Below, piece by piece: positions 11,696 through 26,243 of a stretch of 64,000 nt of DNA. Source of the stretch: Octopus vulgaris (lineage: Eukaryota); the NCBI GenBank assembly GCA_951406725.2, contig OX597819.1:132246001-132310000 (forward strand). Direction: 5' to 3'. The stretch's first letter is position 1, and every line of letters begins with the position of its first letter. The notes beneath the pieces were generated by a model. The model was given only the letters and a program-made list of their open reading frames with translations. It made no database searches and was not told the DNA's origin. Both the position numbers and the translations under genes were made by a program.

Positions 11696-12773
11696 TCTAC
11701 TTCAGAAGGAAGGAAAACTGATACAAATAGCGGCAAAACACGAGCAAAACAAAAAAACTGTTCTCAGTATTTAAGGAAGCTGACAAATACAAACAAGAAA
11801 TCATACCACCTAATAAATATGAAGAAGAAGAAGATGAAGAAACAACAAAAGCTATAAAACAAATGAAATCCAAACTAAAACTAGAACAGCAACGAACCAT
11901 GATAAAACGATGGCAAGAAAAGCCCCTTCATGGTAAATACTGGACTAAACTAAACGCAAAAGAAATAGACAAAGAAAAATCCCAGCAATGGTTGAGAAGC
12001 TCAGGACTCAAAGCAGAAACAGAGGGATTTTTAATTGCAGCACAAGACCAAAGCCTCCCCACCAGAAATTACCAAAAACATGTAATGAAAAGAAATATAA
12101 CAAGTAACTGCAGAATATGTGGAGATGGACAAGAAACAATAAATCATATTATCTCTAGCTGCCCAGTCCTGGCTAAGAAGGAATATATTCACAGACATGA
12201 CAGAGTTGGAACCTACATACATTAGAAGCTATGCCAACATTATGGAATAACAACAGAAAAAAGATGGTATAGGCACACACCAGAAAAGGTCACAGAAAAC
12301 GAGAAAGCAACCATACTCTGGGATATGCCGATACACACAGATAGAGAAATTAAGGCCAACAGACCAGATATAGTTATCAGGGATCAAGAAGAAAAAATGC
12401 TTTCTAATTGATGTATCAATACCGGCAGATGACAATGTGTCTCTAAAAGAAATGGAGAAACTTTCAAAATACAAAGACCTGGAAATAGAGGTAACCAGAA
12501 TGTGGAATCTAAAAACAGAAACAATCCCTCTCATAGTAGGTGCATTAGGCATGATAAAAAAATATTCAGACAAATACATAACAAAAACACCAGGACTTAC
12601 AAACACATATAACATACAGAAAATTGCACTACTAGGCACTGCACACATCCTACGCAGAACACTTTCCATACAATAACCATCAGAGCATCACAACAAATCA
12701 CAGCACATACCCAAGGCACACAGAGCTGCGCTCGGTAGTGAAGTGAAAGCACGCTATAAAAATAAAACTACTG
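11695..12773 (+). mobile_element. 5'-truncated Dong/R4-like RLE LINE inside (AAT)n
   Basis: Zinc knuckle CRIC...HIISSC, RHD, and RPDIV...LIDVSIP...K..KY restriction-like endonuclease motifs, with one stop (12223) and a frameshift. (AAT)n at 11582-11694 and 12774-12883. Confidence 0.93.
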
Positions 12774-12883
<110 letters not shown>

Positions 12884-13041
12884 GTAAATAAATATACGTA
12901 TCGTAGCATATAATTAACAAATAAAAATATAGAAATCAATATTTTTACAATCAAAACCAAACAAAATTCAACAATATTGTTTTAAAAGGAATTTCAGGAC
13001 TTATCTAAGAAAATCTGTTACATCGTGCTTCTTCTTTAATT

Positions 13042-13095
<54 letters not shown>

Positions 13096-14739
13096 CACAT
13101 ATATATATACATATATAAATATACATACACATATATATGACATGGAACATCGTGGTTCTTCTCTAATTTATATATATACACACACACATATATATATATA
13201 TACATATACATATACACAAACACACATATAAATATACATACACGTATATATGGCATGGAACATGGATAAGTGATGATGATGACGACACATGTGTGTGTAG
13301 TTGTGCGCATGCGCAGGTACGGAGACGCGCTTAATTGGTTTCCGCACAGTTTTCGCCCATCAATAATGTCGAGTTGTGCTTATGATAGAAAACATCTGCT
13401 GATGGTGCCGTGTGGGACGATCCAACGTGGAACCACGATATTGCCAATTAGAGGTGCATCCATTTTAGTCTTGAATTCCTTATTTCGTGTATATTTAGCC
13501 TGATCGAAGGAAGCAATTTTTATTCAAGAAAATAACCGAATGGTTTCGTGTTCATTCAAACTCCTTTCTGCCATTATCTAATTTGATGGAATCTTCTGCG
13601 TGTTGGCAGTGGGTTGAGCTGGCAACATTTTATAGAATTCTTTGTTTTGTTTCTAAACTCCTGCATAACAATTCTAATAGAATCAGACATAGATTCAAAC
13701 AGTCTCGAATTTTGGTTCCTCAAGAGTATTTTCTTCTGTTTTCTTTGGAGATAAATAGCATTTTTGGTTGTTTTTTTTTTATCTTTACCTTTTTTCTTTT
13801 TATCTCATGCACCTTTGTTAGTTTTAAAACTAATTTTACTTAAAGCAGAAATGTGAACTACAGAGAAGCGCCACAATAACCTCAGCATCACGTGACCACT
13901 TTTTACGTTGTTTTCTGTATTTATAGAAAACTCCAAAACCGGGAATTTCAACATGAAAAGCACCAAGTCTATTCATTTCGTTAACTAGGTTTGTTTTCAT
14001 AGTGTTGTTGTTGTTGTTGTTGTTGTTGTGTTTTTTCCTCCAGTCAACTGCAAAAACGGGAAACTAATAATGGCTGTTCTTTTATTAGAGTGAAAACATT
14101 TCCAATAAATTGGCTGAATGTGAATAATTCTTACATCTCTATAGAATCTGTGTCATTAGTTAAAAGATTTCTATGGAAAGAATCTGCATTGAAGATCGTT
14201 TTTTTCAATGTTTCATTTCTTTAACAAGAAGAAAATAAGCAAAACAAAAAATGTGAAAAGAAATTTAAAAATAAAACGATTTTTTACTTCTAAAGTTTTA
14301 TGTATATTATTTTATTTTCAAATTAATTTTAAATTGTAATCATGCCAGACAGCACATGATTGCAAAGAAGATGTGTTCTGCGAATTTTAAAAATGAAATG
14401 TTCTGTTTTACATTAAAGTTTTGACACAACACGAAATAGATAGATGGTCGTCAATGAATAAGAATGGTCGGAAGATTCGAAACATTTAGTCTTGGAAGCT
14501 GGAGGAGAATTATCGAAAATGTATTTCTGATTTAATGATGTCGAGTTGACGTGTCATTTCTTTAGAATGGCTATCTTCTCGTTTCCGTCTCTAAAGACCA
14601 AAGCCGATAATTGTATTCGTCTTTCTTCAGTGGAAGTTGTTTTTGTGAAAAGAAATCGAATAAAATTGATATAATTGATTCACTGAAATAATCATATCGG
14701 TGTTATTATTATTATTATTACTATTACTATTACTATTAC

Positions 14740-14814
<75 letters not shown>

Positions 14815-15123
14815 CATCATTTTAAATCATATTGGACCTTAGCAACCTCGGCGGGGATCTGGCGCAGCCTAACAACAAACTCACTGCCAAATGTTTCAAA
14901 TTGCTGAAAGAAATTTGCTGTCAACGATCAGGAAAAATCCCATTTGTATTCGGCAAGATCGATTCCATCTTGCCGAATCATATTTTCATAAGTGCAATGA
15001 ACAGAGGCCATTAAACCATTTAATCCAGAGAATATGACCCGGAAAATCGGAAATTTATTGTTGTAAACAATACAAGGAATTCTGAATAAAAAATGTCAAA
15101 AATGAAATATAGTAAACTTTTAA

Positions 15124-15175
<52 letters not shown>

Positions 15176-15660
15176 CACAGAAAACGAGAAAGCAACCATA
15201 CTCTGGGATATGCCGATACACACAGATAGAGAAATAAAGGCCAACAGACCTGATATAGTTGTCAGAGACCATGAAGAAAAAAAATGCTATCTAATTGATG
15301 TATCAATACCGGCTGATGACAACGTGTCTCTAAAAGAAATGGAGAAACTCTCAAAATACAAAGACCTGGAAATAGAGGTAACTAGAATGTGGAATCTGAA
15401 AACAGAAACAATTCCTATCATAGTAGGTGCATTAGGCATGATAAAAAAATATTCAGACAAATACATAACAAAAACACCAGGACTTACAAACACATATAAC
15501 ATACAGAAAATTGCACTACTAGGCACTGCACACATCCTACGCAGAACACTTTCCATATAATAATCATCAGAGCATCACAACAAATCACAGCACATACCCA
15601 AGGCACACAGAGCTGCGCTCGGTAGTGAAGTGAATGCACGCTATAAAAATAAAACTACTG
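15176..15660 (+). mobile_element. Second, near-identical 5'-truncated copy of the same RLE LINE inside (AAT)n
   Basis: Aligns by eye almost base for base with 12291-12773 and has the same 3' end ...AAAACTACTG|AATAAT. (AAT)n on both sides. Confidence 0.93.
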
Positions 15661-16207
15661 AATAATAATAATAATAATAATAAATGCCCTGATGTTGTAC
15701 CAGGCAGTGGCTCTCATGGCTTCGGATCTTAACGGATTGCAAAGTGTTATCATGTACATTGTTTTGTCTTGGTATAAAAGATGGGCTACAGCAAATATTC
15801 TGCTCAATACCACCGATTTGCTTGTCAGTTGTTTGACCTTAACCAGTTGAGCATTTCACTTAGTGGCTGACGGTATGTGCATCTCTGATCACGAGCAGAA
15901 GTAGTGGGGAAGCATCATAGCCATGTGTTGGAGGTTTAGATAACTCACCTTTGGAAACATGGGTGTTTCGTTCAACATCCTTAAACAACTCTTATTCAGG
16001 GACCTTTTGAGCGGGATGAGCTACTCGACCAGAAGAACATTCTAACTGGGCCCCACCTGCAAGGTGATGTGCTGTTTATCTTGATATGAGATCACCATGT
16101 CATGTACATATGGTTGTGATGCATGTGCCTAGTGTACCCTTATCAGACGGGTTGTCATGATGGGTAAACTGGGCTTCGTATATTTTACCCCAGTGTCACT
16201 TTGATGG

Positions 16208-16285
16208 CAAAGTCGGCCTCGGCGGAATTTGAATTCAGAACGTAAAGACGGACGAAGCGCAACTAAGCATTTTGTCACGCCGCCT
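16208..16285 (-). mobile_element. SINE family B fragment
   Basis: AAAGTCGGCCTCGGCGGAATTTGAA matches the family B copies at 48586-48800 and elsewhere. Confidence 0.7.
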
Positions 16286-17237
16286 TATTTCACACACAAA
16301 GTAATAAAATGCCAAATAACAGCGTCTTTACACCATTTCCTGTATAGATGAGAGGTTGGTTTGTTTCGTTTGTATTATCTAGTTTCGACTCCAGTAAATA
16401 TATCACATCCATATTTAAGATGGAACAACGTCCGCGACGGTTTATTAAGATGTTAAGGCAATGTGTTATGATTGTGTGCTGGAGAGGCGAAATCTTAAAG
16501 AAATGAAACTCAGCCACTTGGGTCCCCACTTGATGAGGGTCAACCAGTAACTTCAACGTTTCCCTTGAAACCATTAAAAAATCAATCGTTCTATGATTTC
16601 AATAATAAAATTTTACTTAATAACTAAGTCCTTTCTGCATCTAAAGAATTCTCTCGACGATTAAACGAAAGAAAAAATAAAATGTTTGCTGTTAAGTTGA
16701 AATATTTTAATAATTTTTAAAAGAAAATATCTGAAAAGAATCTTGTAAAGATTTAGTTATTGATCACCAACAAAGGAATTGTTAACAATATATTAAAGAA
16801 GATTCAATTGATTTATCTGGAGGGAAGCAGGAATCAAAAGAATTGTAGAATGTAAGTCAATATTTAGTCCTCCTGTGCTTATAGTTTTTAAAACTAAATA
16901 TTAAGACTTTTACCAAAAAAAAAAAAGAAATAAAATTCAGTTTCAAATGGTTTAGAATCGATTATTTTTGACTTTGTATCATTTCTGTTTCTCGATTAAA
17001 AGACATTTTTGAGTACAGAGAGTACAAAAGTTATTGAGAAGGAGAAGCCTAACCACGTGACACACCGGTCGTAAATTTTTATTCTGCTGAAAACGTTGTG
17101 TTGGGATTTGGATTAAACACTCAGACTGACCGAGTCAAACAGAGCATTGGTTCCTTTCGCCTGATTGCAACCCCCCCACCCACAAACTTCTTCAAAGATG
17201 TCTGAATAAATTGGCAATGCCTTTAGGCTGAAATGGT

Positions 17238-17858
17238 TATAACAAGCTTCCTTGCTCCTTATTACAAGTTGTGGCGACACGATCAGGTAGCGAAAGTGCT
17301 ACATTGGAAACTGAGCGAAAAGTGGGGACTCCAGAGAGAGAGAGAGGGGCAAGACGTGGTATGAGCACCAACTGCAGAGAATGGCGGAGTTGGAGACTAG
17401 CAAAATCCTCTGGGATTTCCCATCCAAACGGATCAAGTGCTAGAGCATAACAGACCGGACCTATTAGTGGTGGACAAGGTGCACCACATATGCTATATAG
17501 TTGATGTTGCATGTCCCTTTGACCCACGAATAGTCAAGAAGGAAGGCAAAAAAAAAAAAACAGATGAGCACAACCCTCTTCAGTACGAAATGGAAAATGA
17601 AGAAGAGGAAGATAGTGCCAATTATTGTTGGGTTTTTGGGGACAGTATCAGAAGGCATCAAGGGGAATATCAAGGAAATTGGAATAGAGTGTCTAGTAGA
17701 ACTGTTACAAATGGTTTGCCTCCTTGGTACACCCAGAATAATCAAGGAAGAATTGGATATCTGAAAAGAACGGATAGCATGGTACCGTAGGCTGCAGGTA
17801 GAAAGCCCGTTACGCATGCAAGATGCCAGGAGTTCCAGCAAAACCTGTGATAAAAAGA
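17238..17858 (+). mobile_element. RLE LINE fragment (distinct family) whose 3' end runs into (AAT)n
   Basis: RHDQVAKVLHWKL...KILWDF...HNRPDLLVVDK...IVDVACPFD...VPIIVGFLGTV, with frameshifts. Confidence 0.85.
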
Positions 17859-17921
<63 letters not shown>

Positions 17922-17931
17922 GATGATGATG

Positions 17932-17978
<47 letters not shown>

Positions 17979-17982
<4 letters not shown>

Positions 17983-18810
17983 GCAGAGAGCGAAGGTTTC
18001 ATCCTGGCTGCTCAAGATCAAAGCCTATTAACCCGGAACTACCAGGTCAATGTGATGAAAAATGGAGCAGACCCAAAATGCCGATTCTGCAACGACATGA
18101 TTGAAACAGAGGACCACCTAATCTCTGGATGTAAAGTCTTAGCACCAGTGGAGTATAAATTAAGACATGACAGAGTTGTCCAATATCTCCACTGGCTAAT
18201 AAGTCGGCATTACAATATCAAAACTGCCGACAAGTGGTATAATCACCACCCTGAGGCTGTAACTGAAGGAGAAAATGTAACCATTCTGTGGGACTTTCCA
18301 GTACATACAGACCGAACCATCAAAGCCAATAAACCAGATATTGTTGTGAAAGACCAAAACAATAAAGTTTGCTTATTGATCGACATGAGCATCCCCTGTG
18401 ATCATAATATCTCGGCGAAAAGAGTTTGACAAGCTCAGAAAATATAAAGACCTGCCCATTGAAATTGAGAAAATGTGGCATCTCAAGGCGATTACAATAC
18501 CAGTGATCGTAGGAGCACTAGGAATGATCAAGAAGGGAACCGAAAATTACATGAGAATGATCCTTGGCTTACCATCCCTGCAAGAAGTGCAAAAGATTGT
18601 CTTAACTGGTACATCACACGTATTGAGAAGAGCATTGTCGATGTGAGAACTATTACTACCCATGTATTTTAATTTAACTTAAAAAAAAAATGAACGAACT
18701 AGTGAGTTTAGTTTAATAGCTACCAATGTATACTATGAGTCTGCCCTAGGAGTCGGGAAGACACTCAGCAAGAAATGGAAGCAAATTTGAAAGAAGAGGA
18801 AAAAAAAAGA
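17979..18810 (+). mobile_element. RLE LINE fragment (further family) inside (AAT)n
   Basis: AESEGFILAAQDQSL, CRFC...HLISGC, RHD, KPDIVV...LIDMSIP, LTGTSHVLRRALSM*. (AAT)n at 17859-17978 and 18811-18868. Confidence 0.92.
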
Positions 18811-18814
18811 TAAC

Positions 18815-18864
<50 letters not shown>

Positions 18865-19080
18865 TAATAGACAATACGAAGAACACGATTCAACTGCAAT
18901 AGACATTTTATTGGATGAACGATAGTTTTTATAATTTTGTATTTCTATGTATGAAGCTGTCGAAATATCGTTCAACCAATATTGCAATCGCATCGCGATC
19001 TTCGTATTGTCTATTTACCTTTTGAAGAATTTGGTCAATGCTTTTAAAATATTACAACACGAACAATATTACAACACCTG

Positions 19081-19328
19081 GCCATATCTAGCCACATTGT
19101 CCTGTCTCCTTTTGTATTCGCGTGGTTCGAGCTTACAACACTCACTAAACAATATGGCTTATACTTTCTCCCTTCTCAGAGCACATCCTACACTGTGGCG
19201 AGTCAGTGCTTTTATCAATGTCATATTTGGAGTAGTTTGTTCTGAGAGCTTGTTCTTCAGCGCTGCACACTAATGCCTCAGTGGGCCCTTTTAAGTCTCC
19301 TTCCTGAAGCCATTGCCAAGTTTTATCC
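19081..19328 (-). mobile_element. RLE LINE internal fragment, 5' end abutting (AAT)n
   Basis: Minus strand reads DKTWQWLQEGDLKGPTEALVCSAEEQALRTNY...CRMCSEKGESISHI..SECCKL...YKRRQDNVARY. Confidence 0.8.
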
Positions 19329-19765
<437 letters not shown>

Positions 19766-20458
19766 ATTATTATTATTGTTATAAAGTAATGTTATACCAA
19801 TTCTATACACTTAAAAAATTATTGATTTATTTTGAATGACTAAGATTAAAGGCGTATACATACATACATACATACATACATACATACATACATACATACA
19901 TACATACATACATACGCACAAGCACGCACGTACACACACATACATACATGCATACATAATACATGCTATATAATACATACATACGCAAAAGCACGCACGC
20001 ACACACATATACCCGCATACATACACGTATACGCACGCACACACATGTACCCACATACATACATACACTTTTGCCTGAAGAAACAAACATTTGTATTAAT
20101 ATTCTCTTTAAAATCCATGAATTTTGCAAATCCTATTTGTAATATCTTATGGAAGAGGAATACAACTAAGGCAGGAGATTTGGCGAAACGTATACACACA
20201 CACACACACACTAACAAACACACACACACACAGAAGCACACACACAAACACACACTCACAGAAGCACACACACAGAAGCACACACATACACACGCACACA
20301 CAAACACACACACACACACACAAACAGAGGCACACAGACACACACACAAACACATACACATAACTGACACAGACACATACGCACAGACACACACACAGAG
20401 GCACACAGACACACACACACACAAACACATACACATACGCAGACACAGACACATACGC

Positions 20459-20493
<35 letters not shown>

Positions 20494-21554
20494 CCCAAAA
20501 GTATACTTTGCCTTATTGTGAAGACTATTCGGGGATAAATGCGTGCTTCGCAGAGGTGTCAGGTCAGAGAGTAAACTATTTTTGAGTAAACTCCGTCTTA
20601 ACGCTTTCTCTCTCTCTCTCTCTCTCTCCACATCTTCTCTGTTTTACACGGAAATCTCTTTTGTGCTCTCCGTTCTGGAAACAATCAGTCGTGGCTTTGA
20701 CAAACACCAATATTTTAACTTTAACATTATGGGATTTATAGCGATTACTTACAAAAACTAATCTTTATCCAAATTTAGATGATCGGTGTTTATCTCTACT
20801 TTCTGTGGCATTAACCTAATAATAGTTAAATACATCTTCCTGTCAATGTCGATCTATGGCCAGTGGATTTCCTCGCCGACGTGAAGTTCACTCGGCACTG
20901 AAAGACAAGAGAATCACTCGTCAGTTACACAGTGCTGTCTCTTCTTCCTACAGTCTATATTTACAGACTTAGAGATTGGTGAATCGAACCGTTGAAGACG
21001 TTAGCGTCTTGAATAGAGACAAGGCTGTTCTGGTGTAAATACACAAATCATCGGCTGCTGATCCGGTTCGTTATCAACCCGGCTATCTGCCCTTCAATGT
21101 GTGAAAGACAGATGCAAATAACACAAGTAGAACCAAAATACTGTACGGTCTACACGTCTAACGAATCGCGGGCTCCTGCCTCTTAATTTATTGACAGCTG
21201 TACGCTTCCTCGCATCAAATGCATTCCGTGAATCCATACACTGACACTCTTTGCTTCTGTACATCCAAGTTATTGAAGAGGTTGCATCTTCTTTATTATG
21301 TGATTCCATACTTGTCCGTTGCTCTCTTGCTGTTCTCTACACTTGGAATATTGTGTGATGTCACACATGTTAGCTACAACTGTGTAGTTGTAAGCACCCC
21401 CCCACACACACATACACACAGACACACACAGACACACATACACAGACAGACACACTGACAGACAGACACACACACTAATTAATAACCACCTGCTGGTGTC
21501 ATCATGTGAAGACAGCCTAATTGAAGTTAAATACATATTTATTTATTATTACAT

Positions 21555-21558
21555 AATG

Positions 21559-21590
<32 letters not shown>

Positions 21591-21657
21591 ATGTATGTAT
21601 ATATGTGTGTGTGTGTGCATATATATATGTATATATGTATGAATGCATATATGTATG

Positions 21658-21704
<47 letters not shown>

Positions 21705-21801
21705 TATACATATAATGTATGTATATATGTGTGTGTATGTGCATATATATATATATATATATATATTTACATATATGTATATATGTATGAATGCATATAT
21801 G

Positions 21802-21866
<65 letters not shown>

Positions 21867-21908
21867 GTATATGTATAATGTATGCATACATGTGTATATT
21901 TATGTATA
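21555..21908. repeat. Compound (TA)n/(TATG)n microsatellite
   Basis: Direct reading. Confidence 0.95.
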
Positions 21909-22129
21909 GTAAACAGACTTCATCTGAGTGCGACGAGTGTTTGGGGATAAAAGCCAGGTTAATGAGAGCTCATTATTGGTAAACTAACATTTGAAATTTT
22001 CAATATATTCAAATTCACTTCAGGTTCCATAAACACAAACTCTTGCTCTCTAATTAAGCTGTAAACACCTGAAGGGCTTTCTCTGATGTCTAGAATATTT
22101 TGACAAATATCAAGCTAAAATATTTATTC

Positions 22130-22760
22130 CACAACATAGCATGTCACAGAAGCTACCGTGTATAGGTAAATGTAGATATTACAAGGAAAAATATTTGTAT
22201 CAAAGAGAAAACTTCCCCACGACGAAGTCTTGCGCCGTATGTGGATGTAGAGTGTAAGCCATTTTAAAGTCGAAGCTGAACGAAGATCTGATAGGGGTTT
22301 GGAGATGAGAAACAATTGGAGTGAATTTGGAGAGTTTTTTGTGATGATTATATGAATTTGGTGTGGAGAGGTGAGGAGGACAAAATATTTGCTTTCTGCG
22401 TGAGAAGAAAGGGGAGAGCAACAGATAAAAAAAAAGCGGTGTAAACGTTGAAGTATTAAATATTATGTCTTTGATGTCAGGGAGCTGCCGTCGGTGGTTG
22501 GAAGATCTGAAGAGGTTAAAAGAGATTTAGAGGAACGAGGAAAAGAAGCTTCAGATGTGAGGAAATGAAAGTATTTATTGTTGTTGTTAAGGGAAGAAAA
22601 TGTTGAGTTGAGTCGATTTTAGATCTTCTCTGATAGATGTGTGGGTTGTGTGAGAATAAGGCGAGTGTGTTGCCGGCTGTTACCAAATCTTAAGAATGTC
22701 TTCATAGAAGAGGAATAACAGCAGACTTAGGGTGATTCTAGTTCGTTTCTATTTTCATTA
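22130..22760 (-). pseudogene. Possible decayed Penelope-like element C-terminal region (RT thumb/GIY-YIG end)
   Basis: Broken frames give ASFPRSSKSLLTSSDLP, PLSDL and FLFDTNIFP, which resemble the linker and C-terminus of PLE proteins. No intact catalytic motif seen. Confidence 0.35.
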
Positions 22761-23614
22761 TTTCATTTGTGCAGGAGTAGTAGGGAAGGGAGAGGACCAC
22801 AAATGTTGCTAAACCTTAGTTCGGTTCCTATCTGGAAGTTAGGAGTCACTAATGGGCCTCTCCAGATCTTGCGTTTTCTGAAATACCAGTCATGAATTGG
22901 CAAAGAGAGAAGATGGCATTTTGCAGCACCGTAGTAGAAAAACCTCTCGAAGGGGCTGTGCCATTTTACTGTTTCTGTTGGGAATCCTTTCTATCAAACT
23001 GTAACCCTTTACAGTGGAAGGTATTGTTAGAAGTTACACAAAAAGGCATCGATTTGTTGTCATCCAATGACTCGTAACAGGGTGGACGCTGCTAAAGGCA
23101 GGTCATGGTATTTACCCGGGTGGCTTATTAGGACACTGCTCCTCACTTCAAACCATATCACGCTGTTTCATAGTGACATCAGTCCTAAACAACCGGTTTA
23201 CTGGAATCAAACCCGCCTCAGTTCTGTGACGGTCGTTTACCCTTCAGAGTCACCACAGACTCTACGTGGGTTGCCTTCACTGGCGGAAGTAAGAGTCACT
23301 TCCGTCCCGAGGTGATGCTATCAGACCAGAATATTAAGTATTTAGAAATGGAGAAAGAGAGTAGGAGAAAGAGTTAAAGGGAGAGAGAGAGAGAGAGAGA
23401 GAGCGAGCGATATAGTGAAAAAATGTGAGGGGTCGGTGGTGGTGGTGGTGATGTATAATGGGAAGGTGGTGGGGATGAAGAAGAGTTGTAGTAATATTCT
23501 GCAGAAAGAAAGAAGAAAAAAGCCGAAGAAAGAGAAACAGGAATTGAAATAAATACCAAAGCTGAAAGTTTGAAGAATTTACTCGATGCATTATCTGTTC
23601 AGAGTGAGGATTCA

Positions 23615-23830
23615 GATATTGGTTCCAAATTTTGGCACAAAGCCAGCAATTTCGGGGGAAGGACTAAATCGATTAATTTGACCCCAGTACTCAACTGGTA
23701 CTTAATTCATCGACCCAGAAAAGATGTAAGGCAAAGTCGATCTCAGCGGTATTTGAACTCAGAACCTAAAGACGGACAAAATGCCGTTAAACATTTTGTC
23801 CGGAATGCTAACGATTACGCCAGCTCTCCG
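23615..23830 (-). mobile_element. tRNA-derived SINE, family B
   Basis: Homologous to 48586-48800 (GAGCTGGC...GAGTTCAAAT...CGACTTTGCCTT...AAGTACCAG). Confidence 0.8.
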
Positions 23831-24171
23831 ACCTAGTGAGGATCCAAAGAGCAATACCAAATGTGACACTCACTCCTGATTCACAGTAACAGCTATATTT
23901 AGATGTATCTAACGACGTTAACTCTGTTTTTCGCATTTTCCGTTAATTACGATTTTCAAAAAAAGTTGGGAGTAATTTTTGCTTTTGCTGTCGTTACAAG
24001 ACACCATTCCTGCGGCGAAGGAATAGAACGACAATAGAAATTATGAAATCCTTTGTGGAATTGGTAGAGTGCCGCAAACTCTCGACTCAAGAACGAGCAA
24101 GTTCCTAATTTACATTTCATCTTTCCAGTTTTTGAAATTCCCCCAAAACAACAAAAATAAATGGTGAAAAT

Positions 24172-24500
24172 ATATTTGCCACTTAAATGTGGCTAACCCT
24201 TAAGGGTGGATGTTACTGGAGCTTGTAGCCCCAGGGGGACACCTCCTCCAGCTGGCTATTGACACACTTTCTGTGCTCTATCGGTATTTGCAAAGGGAAG
24301 CCATCCTTCCCATCTTCAATCTGACATGATACACACTGACTCGAGTTTCTGGGTATTGACCCGTCATCAGTGTGTGACAATCACCGATTGCCGATGAAAA
24401 GTAGCGTCCACCCTTAAGGGTTAGCAACATTTAAGTGGCAAATATGCTTCACGATGTCGTGCAGCTACTGTTTATACCTCGTTCAGAGATTTATTATAAC
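24172..24500 (-). mobile_element. Penelope-like non-autonomous element with inverted terminal repeat and hammerhead motif
   Basis: About 46-bp inverted repeat (24172-24217 / 24400-24445) with a further extension of about 55 nt after the right arm. Internal hammerhead motif. Confidence 0.7.
24331..24376 (-). ncRNA. Minimal type I hammerhead ribozyme motif
   Basis: On -: CACACA-CTGATGA-C-GGGT-CAAT-ACCC-A-GAAA-CTCGAG-TC-AGTGTG, with palindromic stem III ACTCGAGT and a GUC cleavage triplet. Confidence 0.7.
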
Positions 24501-26016
24501 AAAAATAAATGCTATGAAAATTTAAAAAAGAAACTCAACAAGAATTGGACGCCTTAACTTGGTTGGGAATATTGGCAATTATGTCTATTAATAATTCCTT
24601 AATGTTGCCTTCGTAGTTTTAGTTTTTGATGTGGCGACTCAAAAAGGAACTTGAAACGTTACAGGCATCAAATGACAATTCTTCGATGTGTATTGAGAAA
24701 TCCAGAAATCTATAGAGATGAAATAATATAAGAACTGGAAAAGTTGTTGTGATATAGATTTATAGAACACTGTGTAGGATAAAATGAAATATTGGGAACG
24801 TGTGGAAAGTATTAAAGAAAGAAAGAAAAACGAGGACTGGATAACCTGATGGAGTTGAAGTCTAAAAACTGATTTTGATAAGAACGTCATTGATTTCTGA
24901 CATAGTTAGTAATTGTAGCGAAATGTTGAAGACGACGGAAGCAAACCTTAGCACATGGTTCCTTTTTGCGAGATGATTCCAAACTTTCTAACATGGACTC
25001 CATCGTTCCACAGCATTTCCACCTCTCATCACTTTCCAGTAATAACTTTATCGGAAGCATTCACACATTTCCAACGTTGATCCTGATATTAAGATCGACG
25101 GCGCTGGACAGAAACGTGATACAGATTAAGCACTAAACTACGATCCCATTAAAAAGCTTTATATATTATTATTTCACAAGGAATTATATATTCAGAAACT
25201 GTCTATTCCAAGAGTTTGAGATGGTCAGATGCAACTAAATGCAGCGGAGTAGTTCCACAAAATGATTATCACTATAGTCCATAGCTTGCCTGAATCCGAA
25301 GAAAATGTGTTGTGTGCTATTGTAGGTTATGATGTGATAGATATGTGTTAAGAGAGATAATAAATCAGTCATCGGAGAAGGAGTAATAACATTTTCAGCA
25401 GAAATTAGGTTAGATTTAATACGACTAAAGAGAAAGCTAAACTGGCTGCTAAACTGGCCATAAAAATGACAAAAGCAACGGCGAGAGCGAAGGATAATGA
25501 AGTTATGGCGGCGTTCTATGGCTGAAACTTCTTTCGGTTGAATGGCCTGACTATAAATAAGGAACTACATATTAGTTGTGTTAAAACAGCAGAGGCTGCA
25601 ATAGTTTCCAAGCGAAATGAAAGAGGCGTTTAGGCACATTGAAGAGACATCTACAGACTCTGTAAAATGCCAGCGAACCAAATTTCCAACATTAAACGTT
25701 ATATATCTTACGTTATTAGTTGCTCGAAAGTAGATTTGAGAAAACTTTAGGAAAAAAAAAAAAAATAGCGAAGGCGTAAATGAGGCGGCAATGAAGTTAT
25801 ATTATATGAGAGGTCGGAACAGACACCGGAAATTGATTGGTCTGCCATATTGTAGAGGCTCAAACAGCAACGCCCTCAGTCAAATATATACATACATACA
25901 TACATACATACATACATACATACATACATACATACATACATACATACATACATACATAATAATAACAAAATAATAAATAAAACATATGCATATATACATA
26001 CATATATGTACATACC

Positions 26017-26070
<54 letters not shown>

Positions 26071-26079
26071 GCATATATG

Positions 26080-26243
26080 GGTACAGGACACCAAAAAAAA
26101 AAAAAACGTAGAACACAAGAGACACAAAAACATGCAAATGGGCTTTTTTTTCAAATAAAGAAAAAACAGAGTACAAGACATGCAACACAATGAATATTCC
26201 CCTTCTTCAGTTGCCCCTGTTTCGACTACTCCGTGTTTCGAAA
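26080..26243. mobile_element. Short interspersed repeat (homologous to 29838-30005) between (TA)n and (CATA)n
   Basis: Shared GTACAGGACACC...ACGTAGA...AAAAAACAGAGTACAAGACA...TCCCCTTC(T/A)TCAG...CGTGTTTCGAA. Confidence 0.7.

Noticed and set aside
14340-14700. Possible mariner N-terminal remnant
   Set aside because: Only vague similarity and no continuous motif.
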